This document shows positions 23,266 to 36,479 of a DNA stretch of 64,000 nucleotides, in pieces. A model generated the notes under the pieces. It worked only from the letters and a program-made list of their open reading frames with translations. It did not search any database and had not been told where the DNA came from. The DNA is taken from contig NC_057754.1 of the NCBI RefSeq assembly GCF_004010195.1, positions 8,403,023 to 8,467,022 of the forward strand, given 5' to 3'. The stretch comes from Chiloscyllium plagiosum. Lineage: Eukaryota. The translations under genes were made by a program, and so were the position numbers. The first letter of the stretch is position 1. Each line of letters begins with the position of its first letter.

Positions 23266-24169
23266 CAGGGATAATGCTGGAACACCAGAGTGTAAAGTGT
23301 CGATCTTGGCTTGCAGCAACTGAAGTGTTGTGGAGCTGGGGCCTAAATATGCTACCAGTACCATGAGAGATTAAATGTCCTGGAAGCAGTGAGCACTCCT
23401 GCCTCCTCTGCCATATGATTCCAGGAGATGGGCTTTGAAGATGCCAGTTACATCACCAATAAGCTGAAGTGTGTCACAATGGGTGAACTTTATCAGATAT
23501 TGCTTTCAACCAGTGTGGTGTAAATACAAAGTGAATCCAGAGTCTAGGCCCAATGTGATACCACTTCAAAGAGGAATGGAACCACTTCATAGGAATCTCA
23601 CTCCAGCTCCAATTAGCACCTGTTTTGCCCTTGAGACCCAAAGTAGTCTCACAACGTTAGTAACAGTGGAAACCAAAAGCTGCTTTGCATTAATTCGTAA
23701 CCTGTAATGGGCATGTGCATGAACATTATAATTTGTACAGAATAACCTGACCGTTATAGGCAATTAATCAGGATAGGGTTTGAAGTGCATTACAGATTTT
23801 ATTGTTCAGTCTGTTAGAATCATGTTTACAAAGCTGTCACAGCCAAAGGAAGCGATTTTCAGATCATCAATTCTAACTATGTTTTATTAAAGGTTATTTC
23901 AGTGCAGAGCTGCACCATGTGATTACTGCAAACTAAATCAACATTTTAAAAGGATCCTAGTGAAATCCAAAGAAGTTATGAGTTTGTTGACTTTTCTAAG
24001 GGATTGACTGTTTAACAGTGAATGTCTTCATTCAGAGGGTTGTAAATCTTTGGAATTCTCTAACTTAGGGCAAATGATGCTCAAGTTTGAATAATTCAGG
24101 AATGAGACCAATAGATTTTTAAACTCTTATTGGAAACAGATGGGAATTAGATGGATCAGTAAATTGAGG

Positions 24170-24487
24170 GGCAGCCACGGTGGCTCAGTGGTTAGCACTG
24201 CTGCCTCACAGCACCAGGGTCCCAGGTTCAATTCCAGCCTTGAGTGACTGTCTGTGTGGAGTTTGCACATTCTCCCCGTGTCTGCGTGGGTTTCCTCCGG
24301 GTGCTCCGATTTCCTCCCACAGTCCAAAGATGTGCAGGTTAGATGAATTGGCCGTGCTAAATTGCCCATAGTGTTAGCTGCATTAGTCAGAGGGAAATGG
24401 GTCTGGGTGGGTTACTCTTTGGAGCGTTGGTGTGGACTTGTTGGGCTGAAGGGCCTGTTTCCACGCTGTAGGGAATCTAATCTAATC
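24170..24487 (+). mobile_element. HE1-type V-SINE, full length
   Basis: A box TGGCTCAGTGG, B box GGTTCAATTCC, V domain, TCTAA tail. Confidence 0.92.
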
Positions 24488-24754
24488 TCACCAACCCTCC
24501 ATTCCCGACAACATCCTGGAAAAATCTCTTCTGAGTCCTCTCCCACTCAATAATATCCTTCCTGTAATGGTGCAACTGGGCACAGTACTCCAGAAGAGCC
24601 CTCCCTGACGTCCTGTGCAACCTCAATGTGATATCCCAACTCGCATACTCAAAGACTGAGCAATGAAGGCAAGTGTGCTAAATGTGAATTCACTAGAATC
24701 TCAGCAGGCAGAATGCACATGTTATTCTTTTTCCCTCATATACTGAGCTGTTAT

Positions 24755-27700
24755 GTAGAGGGTCCAACTCAGGAAAGAGCAAAACTCGATCTCCTCTTGG
24801 GAAATAGTTCAGGAGCACTTTGGGACCAATGACGATAGTTCCATTTATAGTTCTGATTTTAAAATAGTAATGGAGAGGGACAAAACTAGTTCAAGTTCTA
24901 AACTGGGAAATGGCGAATTTTGATGGAATTAGACAGGAGCTTGCAGAGGTTAACTGGAGTAGATTGTTTGCTTGCAGTCAAAGGGACCTCTGGCAAGTGG
25001 GAGGTCTTTAAAAGTGAATAGTTAGAGTTCAAGGTTGATATGTTCCTGTGAGGGTGAAAGGCAAGGTTCGCAGGAATAGGGACCCCTGATTGACAAGAGA
25101 TATTGAGGCTTTGACCAGAAAAAAGGAGGAGGTATGGCTCAGATACAGGCAGCAGGGATCAAGAGAATCGCTGGAGTGAGAGAGGGGATGTAGATGTTTA
25201 CTGAAGAAGGAAATCAGGAGAAATCAGGAGGGTGAAAAGAGGGTACGAGATGGCCTTGGCTGAGAAGATGAGGGTGAATCCTAAGTACATTAAAAGAAAA
25301 AGAGAGAGAACAGGACCCCTCAAGGACCAAAGTAGACGCGTGTGTGTGTGTGTATAGAACCGCAGGAGATGGCGACTCCTCAATGACTATTTCGCATTGG
25401 TGTTTGCTGTGGAGAGAGACATAAAGACTTTGGGAAATTAATGATATCTTGGGGATAGTCCATATCACAGGAGAGGTAATGTTGGACGTATTAGAATGTA
25501 TGAAGGTGGGTAAATCTCCTAGTCCTGACCAGATATATCCAAGAACACTGCAAGAGGCTAGAGAGGAAATAGTGGAGGCCCTGGCTGATATTTCTGCATC
25601 ACTTCTGGAAGACTGCAGGGTAACAAAAGATGAGCCATTATTCAAGAAGGGCTGCAAAGAAAAATGTGGGAACTGTAGACCTTAACATCTGTAGTGCCTA
25701 AGTTACTTGAGAAAATTCTGAGAGAAAGGATATACATCTTTTGGAAACAGAGGGTTTGATTAGGAGTAGTCAGCATGACTTTGTGTGAGAGCTCATGCCT
25801 CACAAATTCATTGATGAAGTGACAAGGAAGGTTGATGACAGCAGGGCAGAATACGTAGTTTGTAGAGCTTTCAGTAAAGCCTTTGGTAATGTTCCACATG
25901 ATAGGCTGCACTGGAAGGTTAGATCACATGGAATCCAGGGGATACACAATTGGCTTGATGGTAGGAAGCAGAGGGTAATAGTGGAAGGATGCTTCTCAGA
26001 CTGGAGGCCTGTGACTAGTGAGTGCCTCAGGGGTTGGTGCTGGGCCCATTGTTCGTTATTGATATAAATGATTTGGATGAGAATGTACAAGGCATGATTA
26101 GTAAGTTTGGTGATGACACTAAAATAGGCGAGATCGTGGACAGTGAGGAAGGTTGTCAGAAATTGCAGCAGGACCTTGATCAGCTGGGGCAGTGGGCCAA
26201 GAAATGGCAAATGGAGTTTAATATAGATAAGTGTGAGATCTTGCACTTTGGAAAGTCAAATAAAGGTAGGATTTTCATGGTGAATGGTAGGGCCTTAAGG
26301 AGTGTAGTGCAACAGAAGGTCTTTGCAGTTCAGGTGCACGGTTCTCTGAAAGGGGAGTCACAGGGCAGTGAAGAAGGCTTTTGGCACACTGGCCTTCATC
26401 AGTCAGGGCATTGAGTATAGAAGTTGGGAAGTTATGTTGCAGTTGTACAGGACGTTGGTGAGGCCGCACTTGGAGTATTGTGTTCTGGTTTGGTCACCTT
26501 GCTATAGGAAGGATGTTATTAAACTGGAAAGAGTGCAGAATAAATTTACAAGGATGTTGCCAGGACTCATGGTCTTAGTTGTAGGGAGAGGTTGGACAAG
26601 CTAGGACTTTTTTTTTTTACTTTAGAGTATAGGAGACTGAGGGGGATCTAATAGAAGTGTATAAGCTCATGAGAGGATGGACAGGGTGAATGCACTTAGT
26701 CTTTTTCCCAGGGTTGGGGAATCGAGGACTAGAGGGCATCAGTTTAAGGTGAGAGGGGAAAGAATAAAAGGGAACCTGAGGGGCAACATTTTTTAACACA
26801 GAGGGTGGTACGCATGTGGACTGAGTTGCCAGTGGAAGTGGCTGAGGTGGGTACATGAACAACATTTAAAAGGCATTTGGGCAAATACATGGATAGGAAA
26901 GGTTTTCGAAGGATTTGGACCAAGTGCAGAGAAATGGAGTTTGCTTTGATGAACATTTTGGTCAGCATGGACCAGTTTGGGCTAAAGGACTGTAGGTCTC
27001 TGACTCCATGGTATGATGTTGCAGAGAGACCTGGGTATTCCAGTGCCTGAATCGCAGAAGTTTGTAAGCAACGACAGCAAGTTATCAGGAACGTTCATAG
27101 AATTTTACAGTTTATTGCAAGGAGAATTGATTGCAAGAGAAGGGAGGTTATGCCTCACGGATATAAGGCATTAGAGAGACCGCATCTAGATTATTATGAG
27201 TCACCATGTATGAAAGGATGTTAATGCATTGGGAGCAGTTGAAAGGTTTACTCGAGTAATACTTGGGGGGAAAAAAAATAGATTGTCTTTTAGATAAAAG
27301 ATTTTTCTATTGTCTTTAATTTTGTCTTTTTAGATATATATTTAGATATATAAAAAGTAAGAAGGAGGCAAGAGTAGACATTGGATTGCTGGATAAGTGG
27401 TAATGGGGAACAAAGTGAATTGAATGGGTACTTTGCATCAGTTTTCACAGTGGAAGACACCAGCAGGATTCCAGAACTTTGAGCATCGGCGGGGGGGCCA
27501 TAGGTGAGTGTAGTGGCCATAACTAAAGAGAAGGTCTGAAGGTCCATAAGTCACATGGACTGAATGGACAACATCCCAGAGTTCAGAAGGAGATAGCTGA
27601 GGACATTGTAGAGGCATTAATGGTGATCTTTCAGGAATCACTGGAGTCCGGGAAAGTGTTGGCGGACTGGAAAAAGGCTAGTGTAATGGTCCTATTTAAG

Positions 27701-27900
27701 AAGGGTGGGAGGCGGAAGACAGAAAATGATAGGCCGGTTCACTCGAGTTCAGTCATTAAGATTTTAGAGTCCATTATTAAGAATGAGATTGTGGGGTAGT
27801 TGAAAGGACATGATAAAATAGGGCTGGGTCAGCACAGTATCATCAACGGGAGGTCATGCCTGACAAATCTGTTAGAGTTCTTCAAGGAGGGAATGAGCAA
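24755..27900 (+). mobile_element. CR1 LINE ORF2 (EN end to 3' end, 24755-27010) plus further CR1 fragments
   Basis: KSPSPDQIYPRTLQE, PQGLVLGPLF..INDLDE..KFGDDTK, RPHLEYCV; many frameshifts. Confidence 0.88.
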
Positions 27901-28705
27901 TTTGCTCACTGAGCTGAAAGGTTCATTTCCAGGCGTTTTGTTACCTTACTAGGTAACATCTTCAGTGGACCTCATGCGAAGCAATACTAAAATATCCTGC
28001 TTTCTATTTATATATTTGGGTTTCTTTGGGTTGTTGATCCCATTTCCTGTGGTGATGTTATTTCCTGCGGTGAAGTCAGTTCCTGTTCCTTTTCTCAGAG
28101 GGTGGTAGGTGGGGTCTAACTCGATATGTTTGTTGATAGAGTTCTGTTGGAATGCCATGCTTCTAGGAATTCTCGTGCGTGTCTTTGTTTGGCTTGTCCA
28201 ACGATAGATGTATTTTCCCAGCCAACGTGGTGTCCTTCTTCATCCGTATGTGAGGATACTAGTGAAAGCGAGTCATGTCTTTTGTGGCTAGTTGGTCTTC
28301 ATGTATCCTGGTGACTAGTTTTCTGCCTGTTTGTCCAATGTAGTGCTTGTTACAGTCCTTGCACGGTATTGTGTAAATAATGTTAGCTTTGCTCATTGTC
28401 TGTATAGTTCAAGTTCATGAGCTGCTGTTTTAGGTGTTGGTTGGTTTGTGGGCTACCATGATGCCAAGGGGTCTGAGTAGTCTAGCAGTCATTTCCGAGA
28501 TGTCTTTGATATAGGGGAGAGTGGCTAGGGATTCTGGATGTCTTTGTCTGCTTGTTTGGGTTTGTTGCTGAGAAATCGGCAGACTGTTCATTGGGTAGCT
28601 TTTTTTCATCTCTATCATGTATTCAAAAAGAATGGTACCAGACTAGGATTGGTGTGTTGTCCCAGTCGAAGTGGTGTCATTCCTCATCCGCATATAAGGA
28701 TGATC
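27900..28705 (-). mobile_element. Penelope-like element, 3' part
   Basis: LATLPYIKDISEMTARLLRPLGIMVAHKPTNT, GIY-YIG region and pLTR; homologous to 7425-8310. Confidence 0.85.
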
Positions 28706-28759
28706 CTAAAAGACGTGTGCAGTTTTTCTGTCATTGTCTGTGTTTGACAAGTAAATCTA

Positions 28760-31490
28760 TGCACATCCACCCACTTTGAGCGGGCATCCGTAATGACTAA
28801 GAGTATTGAGCACTTGAATGGACCTGCATAATTGATACGTAACTGAGTCCAGGGTTTACCTGGCCATTCCCACGAATGTGGGGGAGCTGCTGGCAGTAAT
28901 GTTTGTCCTTATTGGCACCCTGGGCACTGCTCCACCAATGTAGCTCACTCTGCACCCAATTCTGGCCATCAGACACAACTTCTTGCCGACACTTCTGGAT
29001 GAGCCCAGTCGAGTTTAGCCCGTATCCGGTGGCAACCTTTGCTTGGGACAATCGTTCTTGCTCCCCATGCCGTCCTATACTGTGATCTAGAATCTCTGGC
29101 TCTGAAAAGGTTTCAGTTCTGGGTGTAGCAGCCATCATCACCAGCTCTTTCAGTCTTGCCAGGACTGGATCTTTCTACGTCTAAAGTCTGATTATTGTCA
29201 GCTGAAACTGTGTGTCTCCAGAAAATTTAAAACCATTCTGGCTTTTTCCAGTGGTGTATCTGCCAGCGGGAAGTAGCTTAATACATCTGTATTTGTTACT
29301 TGGCCTCCCAAACAATGTACCAACTTGTAACTATACACTGTTCATATTAGGGCTGAATTTAGCCTGAAGCTATGAGCAGCACTGCCTTGTCCTCTAAGTA
29401 GAGCTAGCATGGGTTTGTAGTCTGTTATTATTACAAATGTACAGCCGTAAAGGTAATGGTGGAACTTCCTGACTCCAAATGTGACCGCCACACCTTCCTT
29501 CTCTATGTTAGCGTATTTATGCTCTGCATTGGCCAAAGTCAAGGATGCATACTCTATTGGATGTTCCTCTCTGGGCCACCTATGAGCTAATACTACCCTG
29601 ATACAGGGAGGCTTCACAAATCAATATTAGATCTGTCTTGGGATCACAGTGTGCCAACAGCTTGGAGGATGATAGCTGTTTCTTCACTTCCCTGGCTTGG
29701 CTATGCGACCATTTCCAAAGCTGACCTTTTTAAAGAGTTGATGCAAAGGTGCCAGGAAGGAGGCCAGATTATGCATGAACTTTCCAGAACAATTCACCAG
29801 TCCAAAGAAAGGTCTAAGCTCCGGTACAGATGTGGAAGCTAGGGCGCCTTTGATCTTCCTCACTTTAACTTCCAACAGGTGTAACCTGTTGTTGCTTGGG
29901 GTGTGTGGAAAACATTTTTCCCTTCTGAGGTGTATGCCTGCCTGGGAGAAATGTCTGTCGAAGAGTGTGGTGCTGGAAAAGCACAGCCGGTCAGGCAGCA
30001 TCCGAGGAGCAGGAGAGTCAATTTTTCAGGCATAAGCACTTCATAGGAATTAGAATAGATGAGATTCCCTACAGTGTGGAAACAGGCCCTTCGGCCCAAC
30101 CAGTCCACAGCAACTCTCCGAAGAGCAACCCACCCCGACCCTCATCCCTCTGACGAACGCAGCTATCACTTTGGGCAATTTAGAATGGCTAATTCACCTG
30201 ACCTGCACATCTTTGGACTGTGGGCGGAAACTGGAACACCCAGAGGAAACCCATGCAGACACTGGGAGAATGTGTAAACTCCACACAGACAGTCACCTGA
30301 GGCTGAAATCGAACCTGGGATCCTGGTGCTGTGAGGCAGTAGTGCTAACCACTGAGCTAAGGAAATACCTCAGGATTATGCCCAAGTGCTCCTTAATTGA
30401 CTACCCTGTCATTCAGATAAATGGCAACCTGGTGTGGACCATGAAAAATGTTCTCGAGTGTCTGCTGAGAAATTGCACAGGATGACAGTACCCCAAATGG
30501 CAGTGTCTTATGTTGATACAAATCCTTGAGTCTGTATATGTAGTATACTTTGTGGGAAACATCATCTAACGGCAATTGCAAGTACGCATGGCTTATGTCT
30601 AGCTTCGTGTAGGACAGCTGTGTGTATACATCCTCTATGTGAGGGACTGGGTATGAAAAGCGGCTTGCCACTTGTTTAAGATTCCCACAAAGATGAACCG
30701 ACCTGTCAGACTTCACAATCAGTATGACCGGTGCTGCCCATTCCGCAATCTGGGCCTGTTTGGTGGCTCCTTTGCTTTCCAGGCTTGTGGTTTCTGCCTC
30801 TACTGGATACCGGCCTATACGTTCTCTTACCCAATTCGGGTCCGGTGGGACTCTTTTGCTATCTTGACTCTGCATACCAGCAGCAACTGCAATGGCATTT
30901 CAGCCCGAATCGTAAAGAAACGTTTAACCGTTTTGGCCGAGGTTTGGCTTTGTTTTGCTGTGGGCTGACTGAGAGTCCCTCTGTTCAAGATATGTCCTGA
31001 GTGAGGCTACGCTATTGCCTTCGCTCAGGTGGTGTTGCCCAAACTCAGTCGGACTGGCGAGGGTGTCCACTTCCACCAGAATACCCTGCAACTGGTCTGC
31101 TCCATTTTCCACATTTTTCCAATGGTAAATCCAGCTGAATTGCCTGTTTGAAGTCCAGTTGGGCTTCAACCAGCAGGTGCTTTTGCATGATTCCATCATT
31201 AATCCCACACACCAAATGGTCTCTTGGCCTCCCACTCTCGTCGCCACTGAAATAACTCCACAGGGGCCATGTTCTCATCACCAAGTCACCCTTTATTTAC
31301 CTGTCGAGAGTCCTTGATGCTGATTCAGTTCCTCCAAGACAGCACTCAGGCTGACTGAGATGTCTGCCATTCCTGTTTTTTTTTTCTCTTTGTTTTTTTT
31401 CCCCAGGAAGAAAGGAAACATCCGAGTGCCAAGTTGTGCCCTTCTCAAAAGGCAATGTTGAGTGATGAAACAGTGAACTGGGGGCACTCC
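28760..31490 (-). mobile_element. Ty3/Gypsy LTR retrotransposon remnant (partial LTR, PBS, gag, RT, RNase H)
   Basis: LTR end ...AATAAA...TTTCA (31248), then PBS-like TGGCGACGAG (31237-31246). Gag RDHLVCGIND; RT EWAAPV..YPVPHIED..TKLDISHAYLQLPL..LPFG; RNase H IEYASLTL..YANIEKE..FGVRKFHHYLYG..ITDYKP. Nested family A piece (~29955-30047) and HE1 (~30050-30358). Confidence 0.88.
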
Positions 31491-32229
31491 TGTTTATGCA
31501 TGTAGGTTTGCTCACTGAGCTGAAAGGTTCATTTCCAGACGTTTTGTTACCTTACTAGCATAACCAATTCACCTAACCTGCACATCTTTGGACTGTGGGA
31601 GGAGACCGGAGCGCCTGGAGGAAACCTGGGTTCCTATGAGGCAGTGGTGCTAACCACTGAGCCACCTTTCCGAATGTTAGCTCAGCGGAATAGGTTCTGA
31701 AAGAAGTAGTTTTTAAGTGTTGTCACTGTTGCAATCAAGCATTTGATAATATATGCTAATTCAGCAGATCACAATAACTGCAGGCAGAATCCTTTATAGA
31801 TCTTGAAACGCTTTATTATTAGTTTGAGGCAGATTCAGCAGGTGAATGAATATATTTCATCTTGAATCTCTGATCAAACATGGACAAAGCTTCTTATTTC
31901 TCTCAGGTTATCCCTTCACTTTCTCTTTTCAGGAGAAGGCTTTTCTGGTGATTATAACCTCTGTTACTGCAACATTTGTGATTGAACTTTCATTTTTCTG
32001 TTCTTTTGTGAGTTATGATAGCAACAGAAACGATTCCAAATGTAGATGGTTTTCAGTGACAGCGCAGACTCTGACGTTATACCACACTGGAAACTTCCAG
32101 TGAATCTCTCAGTTGGCTTGTCTCACCCTCTCTTTGCCATATTTCATTCCGGACTAATTTCACCAGACACCAGTTGCTCCTGTAAAATACAGGTTCAGGT
32201 AGTAAACCAAACAACTTTTTCAGCCACTG

Positions 32230-32592
32230 ACAGTGGTGGCTCAGTGGTTAGCAGTGCTGCCTCACAGCGCTAGGGACCTGGGTTTGATTCCAATCTCTGG
32301 CGACTGTCTGTGTGGAGTTTGCATATTCTCTTCGTGTCTGCATGGGTTTCCTCTGGGTGCTCTGGTTTCCTCCCACAATCCACAGATGAGCAGGTGGTGG
32401 ACTAGCCATGCTAAGTTGCCCATAACATCAAGGGATGTGCAAGCTAGGTGGATTGGCCATGCGAAATGTAGGGTTACAAGGATAGGATAGGGTAGGGGGT
32501 TGGGTCTGGGTGAGATGCACTTTGGAGGGTCAGTATGGAGTCGATGGGCCAAATGGCATTCTCCCACACTACAGGGATTCTGTGATTCTATG
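32230..32592 (+). mobile_element. HE1-type V-SINE (longer variant with an internally repeated segment)
   Basis: A and B boxes, V domain, repeated GGTGGA.T.GCCATGC.AA segment, GATTCT tail. Confidence 0.85.
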
Positions 32593-33129
32593 AGGTGCAT
32601 AAGATGATGAAGGGTGTGGTCAGGGTGAATAGAAATCAGCTGTTGCCATTACGATGAACACCAAGGAGCATAGTTTTAAAATGATAAGCAGGAGGTTGAG
32701 AGGGGAGTTGAAGCAGAGCTTTTTCACCAAGAACATTGTGGGGATCGGGATGCACAGCCAGGGTGGGTGTAGTGAAGTGTATTTTTTTGGTAGAGTTGCT
32801 GGGCCAAAGGGACCCCTTGTGCTTTGGTTCTGCCACATACAAAAAGGTGCAATCTGAAGTTGCTGTTTTGCCATCTGCTGCATTGGTACCTTTCTTCGGG
32901 TTTCCGAAATCTGTTCCTTTCAACATTTCCTACACCCTCAATCTCTGTCTCCTGTTGTCTGTTTACATGCCTCAAAGTCTTTCACTCTCTGTCTGTAACT
33001 CCGTCTCCTTTTCCTCTTTTTATTTTTGCTTTTTGAAAAGCCTGAAGTTAGGGGACAGTGTGCGACTGCAGCAGCTGAGAAGCTGGAGCATCAAGAACTG
33101 GGCTAACATTCTCTAGATATGATTTTATT

Positions 33130-33767
33130 TTGAAAAGATTTATAGCTCAGGTTGTGGTTCAGGTTGTAAGTTTGCTCACTGAGCTCGGAGATGATGACCA
33201 GACTGCTCGGACCTCTTGGCGTCATGGGAGCCGACAAACCTCCCAACACGCTGAAACAGCTCCTGGTGAATCTAAAGGACTCTATACCAACAACCAGCAA
33301 AACGAACGTCATATACAAAATACCCTGCACGGACTGTAACAAGCATTACATCAGACAGATGGGCTAGAAACTAGTCATCAGGATACACGAACACCAACTA
33401 GCCACCAAGAGACATGACCCACTATCACTTGTATCCTTACATACAGATGAAGAGGGACACCAGTTCGACTGGGACAATGCATCCGTTCTGGGACAGGCTA
33501 AACAAAGACACACACGGGAAATCCTAGAGGCCTGGCATTCAAACTGGACCTCCATCAACAAACGCATCGATTTGGGCCCCATTTACCAACCTGTCAGAAA
33601 CAGAATCGGAAGTGATAATCACCCACCACGATAGACTGAGACATACAAATAGAAAGTGGGATAGAACACCAGCTCTTCAAAGGAGCCTCACTGATGATCT
33701 GACCTAGCACGGTGACAAAACATCTTGAGAACAAATCTACCAGCTCAGTGAGCAACCTTACAGCCTA
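33130..33767 (+). mobile_element. 5'-truncated Penelope-like element with an inverted 5' pLTR piece
   Basis: Inverted pLTR end at 33130-33187, then VIYKIPCTDCNKHYIRQ (GIY-YIG) and a pLTR with a decayed hammerhead at ~33691. Confidence 0.85.
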
Positions 33768-34439
33768 TTCCCTGGATAAGTTACCAGTCAGTTAGCACAC
33801 TTCTTCAGTGTTGTAAGTCTCTTTGGAATTCTGCAGCCCAGAGAGGTCAGTAAATCCTCAGTCAGGATGAAGAGGCTTTTGGATTGTAAGTGAATGCAGG
33901 GTAACTGAGACTGGGTGGGAAATCTGTGTTGAGGCAGCTGATATGTATGACCTCCTGAATCAATGGATTCGGGTCGAGGGACCAAAGGCCTGTTGCCCAA
34001 GTTCTATTGCAGTGGTGACCGTAGTTAATCTGATGTGCTGCTGTGTTTGAGCTATCTAAGGTGATGGATCTCATCTCTTTGGAGGCCTACAATTGAATCG
34101 CGCATTGCCAAAATCTCAGTTCCCTTTACATTTGTTTGTGTCTTCCAGTGAGCTAGGGCTGCTTCACTGTAAATGCACTGATATTTTCCCTGTTCCTGCT
34201 GATCAGAAGGACAAATACATGGGAAACACATTGATGTATTTGTCTTCCACAGAGCCTGCTGGGGCACCTGTTCAGCTGTTAGCCGACTCTTGTCTATTTC
34301 GATATCATTCAAGTGTATTTTAAAGTTGTTGTGGCGAGGGCGTGAATCTTATCACCTGTGTTTCAGTCGTTAACTTACTTGAACAATACTCATGCAGAGT
34401 TAGTTAGCCTTCACAGGAACTTAAGGTTAACCTGCGAGG

Positions 34440-36340
34440 ATTGGGTAAACTCAAAAAGGATGTTCCTGATGACCGGAGAGTCCAGAACTAGGGGTCACAG
34501 CTGAAAGATGTGGCATTGAGGACAGAGATGGTGAGAAATCTCTTCACCCAGAGCATAGTGAGCCTGTGGAATTCTCTGCCACAGTGACAAAGGCCAAAAC
34601 ATTGAATGGTTTCAAGAAGGACTTTGATATAATTCTTGGGGCTAAAAGGATCAAATGGTATGATTAAAACTGTCCACTGGAGTGGTGCCAGATGACTGGA
34701 TGGTGGCAAATATTATTCCCTTGTTCAAGAAAGGGAATAGGGACAACTTTAGGAATTACAGAGCAGTCAGTCTTACATCGGTGGTGGGCAAATTATTGGA
34801 GAGGCTTCTGAGAGACAGGATTTATGATTTGAAAAACATAATTTGGTTAGAGATAGTAGGCATGGTTTGTGAGGGGCAGGTCATGCCTCATGAACCTTGT
34901 TGAATTCTGGATGTAGGTTTGCTTGCTGAGCTGGAAGGTTAGTTTTCAGATGTTTCATCACCATACTAGATAACATCATCAGTGAGCCTCTGGATGAAGC
35001 ACTGGTGACATGGCCCACTTTCTACTTGTGTGTCTAAGTTTCCTTGGGTTTAAAAAAAATAACTCACTTATTGAATTATTTGAGGATGTGACAAAAAGTT
35101 GATAGAGCAGTGGATGTGATGTATGTGGATTTTAGCAAGGCGTTTGATAAGGTTCGAGCTGAAAATGTGTTGCTGGAAAAGCGCAGCAGGTCATGCAGCA
35201 TCCAAGGAACAGGAGAATCAATGTTTCGGGCATAAGCCCTTCTTCAGGATAAGGTTCCCCATGGTAGGCTCATTCAGAGAGTAAGGAGGCATGGGACGCA
35301 GGGAAATGTGCCTGTCTGGATACAGAATTGGCTGGCCCATAGATGACAGAGGATAGTAGCAGATGGAAGGTGTTCAGCCTGGAGCTCGGTGACCAGTGGT
35401 GTTCCACAGGGATGTGTTCTGAGACCTCTGCTCTTTGTGATGTTTACAAATGACTTGGATGAGGAAGTGGAAGAGTGGGTTAGTAAGTTTGCTGATGGCA
35501 CAAAGGTTGGAGTTGTGGATAGTGTGGAGAGCTGTTGTAGGTTGCAACGAGACATTGACAAGATGCAGAGCTGGGCTGATAGGTGGCAGATGGAGTTCAA
35601 CCTAGAAAAGTGTGAAGTGATTCATTTTGGAAGGTCGCATTCGAATGCGGGGTTAAAGGCAGGATTCTGGGTAGTGTGGAGGAACAGAGGGATCTTGGGG
35701 TCCACATCCATCGATCCCTTAATGTTGCCAGGGTTGTTAAGGAGACATATGCTGTGTTGGCTTTTGTTAGCAGGGGGATTGAGTTTAAAAGCCGTGAGGT
35801 TATGCTACAGCTCTGTAGAGCTTTGGTTAGACCACAGTTGGAATATTGTGTTCAGTTCTGGTCGCCTCATTAAAAGGAAGGATGTGGAAGCTTCAGAGAG
35901 GGTGCAGAGGAGATTTACCTGGACTGGACTGGACTGGAGGGCATGTCTTATGAAGAAAGGTTGAGGGGATCTAGGGCTTTTCTCATTGAAGATAGGATGA
36001 GAAGTGACTTGATAGAGGTGTACAAGATGATGAGAGGCACAGATAGGGTGGATAGCCAGAGACTTTTCCCAGGCAGAAATGGCTGTCAGAAGGGGGCATC
36101 ACTTTAAGGTCATCAGAGGAAGGTTTAGGGGAGATGTCAGAGGTTGGTTCTTTACACAGAGTGTGGTGTTTGTGTGGAATCCAGTGCCAACAGTGGTAGT
36201 AGAGTCAGATACATTAGAGACATTTAAGCAACTCTTGGATGGTAGTAAAATGACGCGTGTTTAGGTTAGTTTAATCTTAGAGTAGGATAAAAAGCCGGCA
36301 GAACATCGAGGGCCGAAGGGCGTGTGCTGAACTGTTCTAT
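34440..36340 (+). mobile_element. CR1 LINE fragments with nested Penelope pLTR pieces (~34908-35050 and 35156-35247)
   Basis: VPDDWMVANIIPLFKKG..NYRAVSLTSVVGK; TSGVPQG..KFADGTK. Family A insert with TSD GATAAGGTTC (35146-35155 / 35248-35257). Confidence 0.88.
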
Positions 36341-36479
36341 GGAAAGAAAGAAGGAACGCCTTCCATTTGAATTTTCTGAATGCTGATAATTCAATGGAAA
36401 TACAGCAGTGAGCAGATGTTGGGAAGGTTTTTCCCTTCTTGATTTTAGATAACGATTTCTGCAAATTACCGGTTCAAGT

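Noticed and set aside
24170..24250. tRNA genes at HE1 heads (also 32230, 43088 and others)
   Set aside because: A and B boxes are present, but they continue into the SINE body with no complete cloverleaf or terminator.
31933..32007. Exon-like segment (TTTTCTCTTTTCAG ... GTGAGT)
   Set aside because: Isolated, with no recognisable product or partner exons.
34052..34312. ORF as a continuation of the candidate env
   Set aside because: No transmembrane segment or env-like motif.
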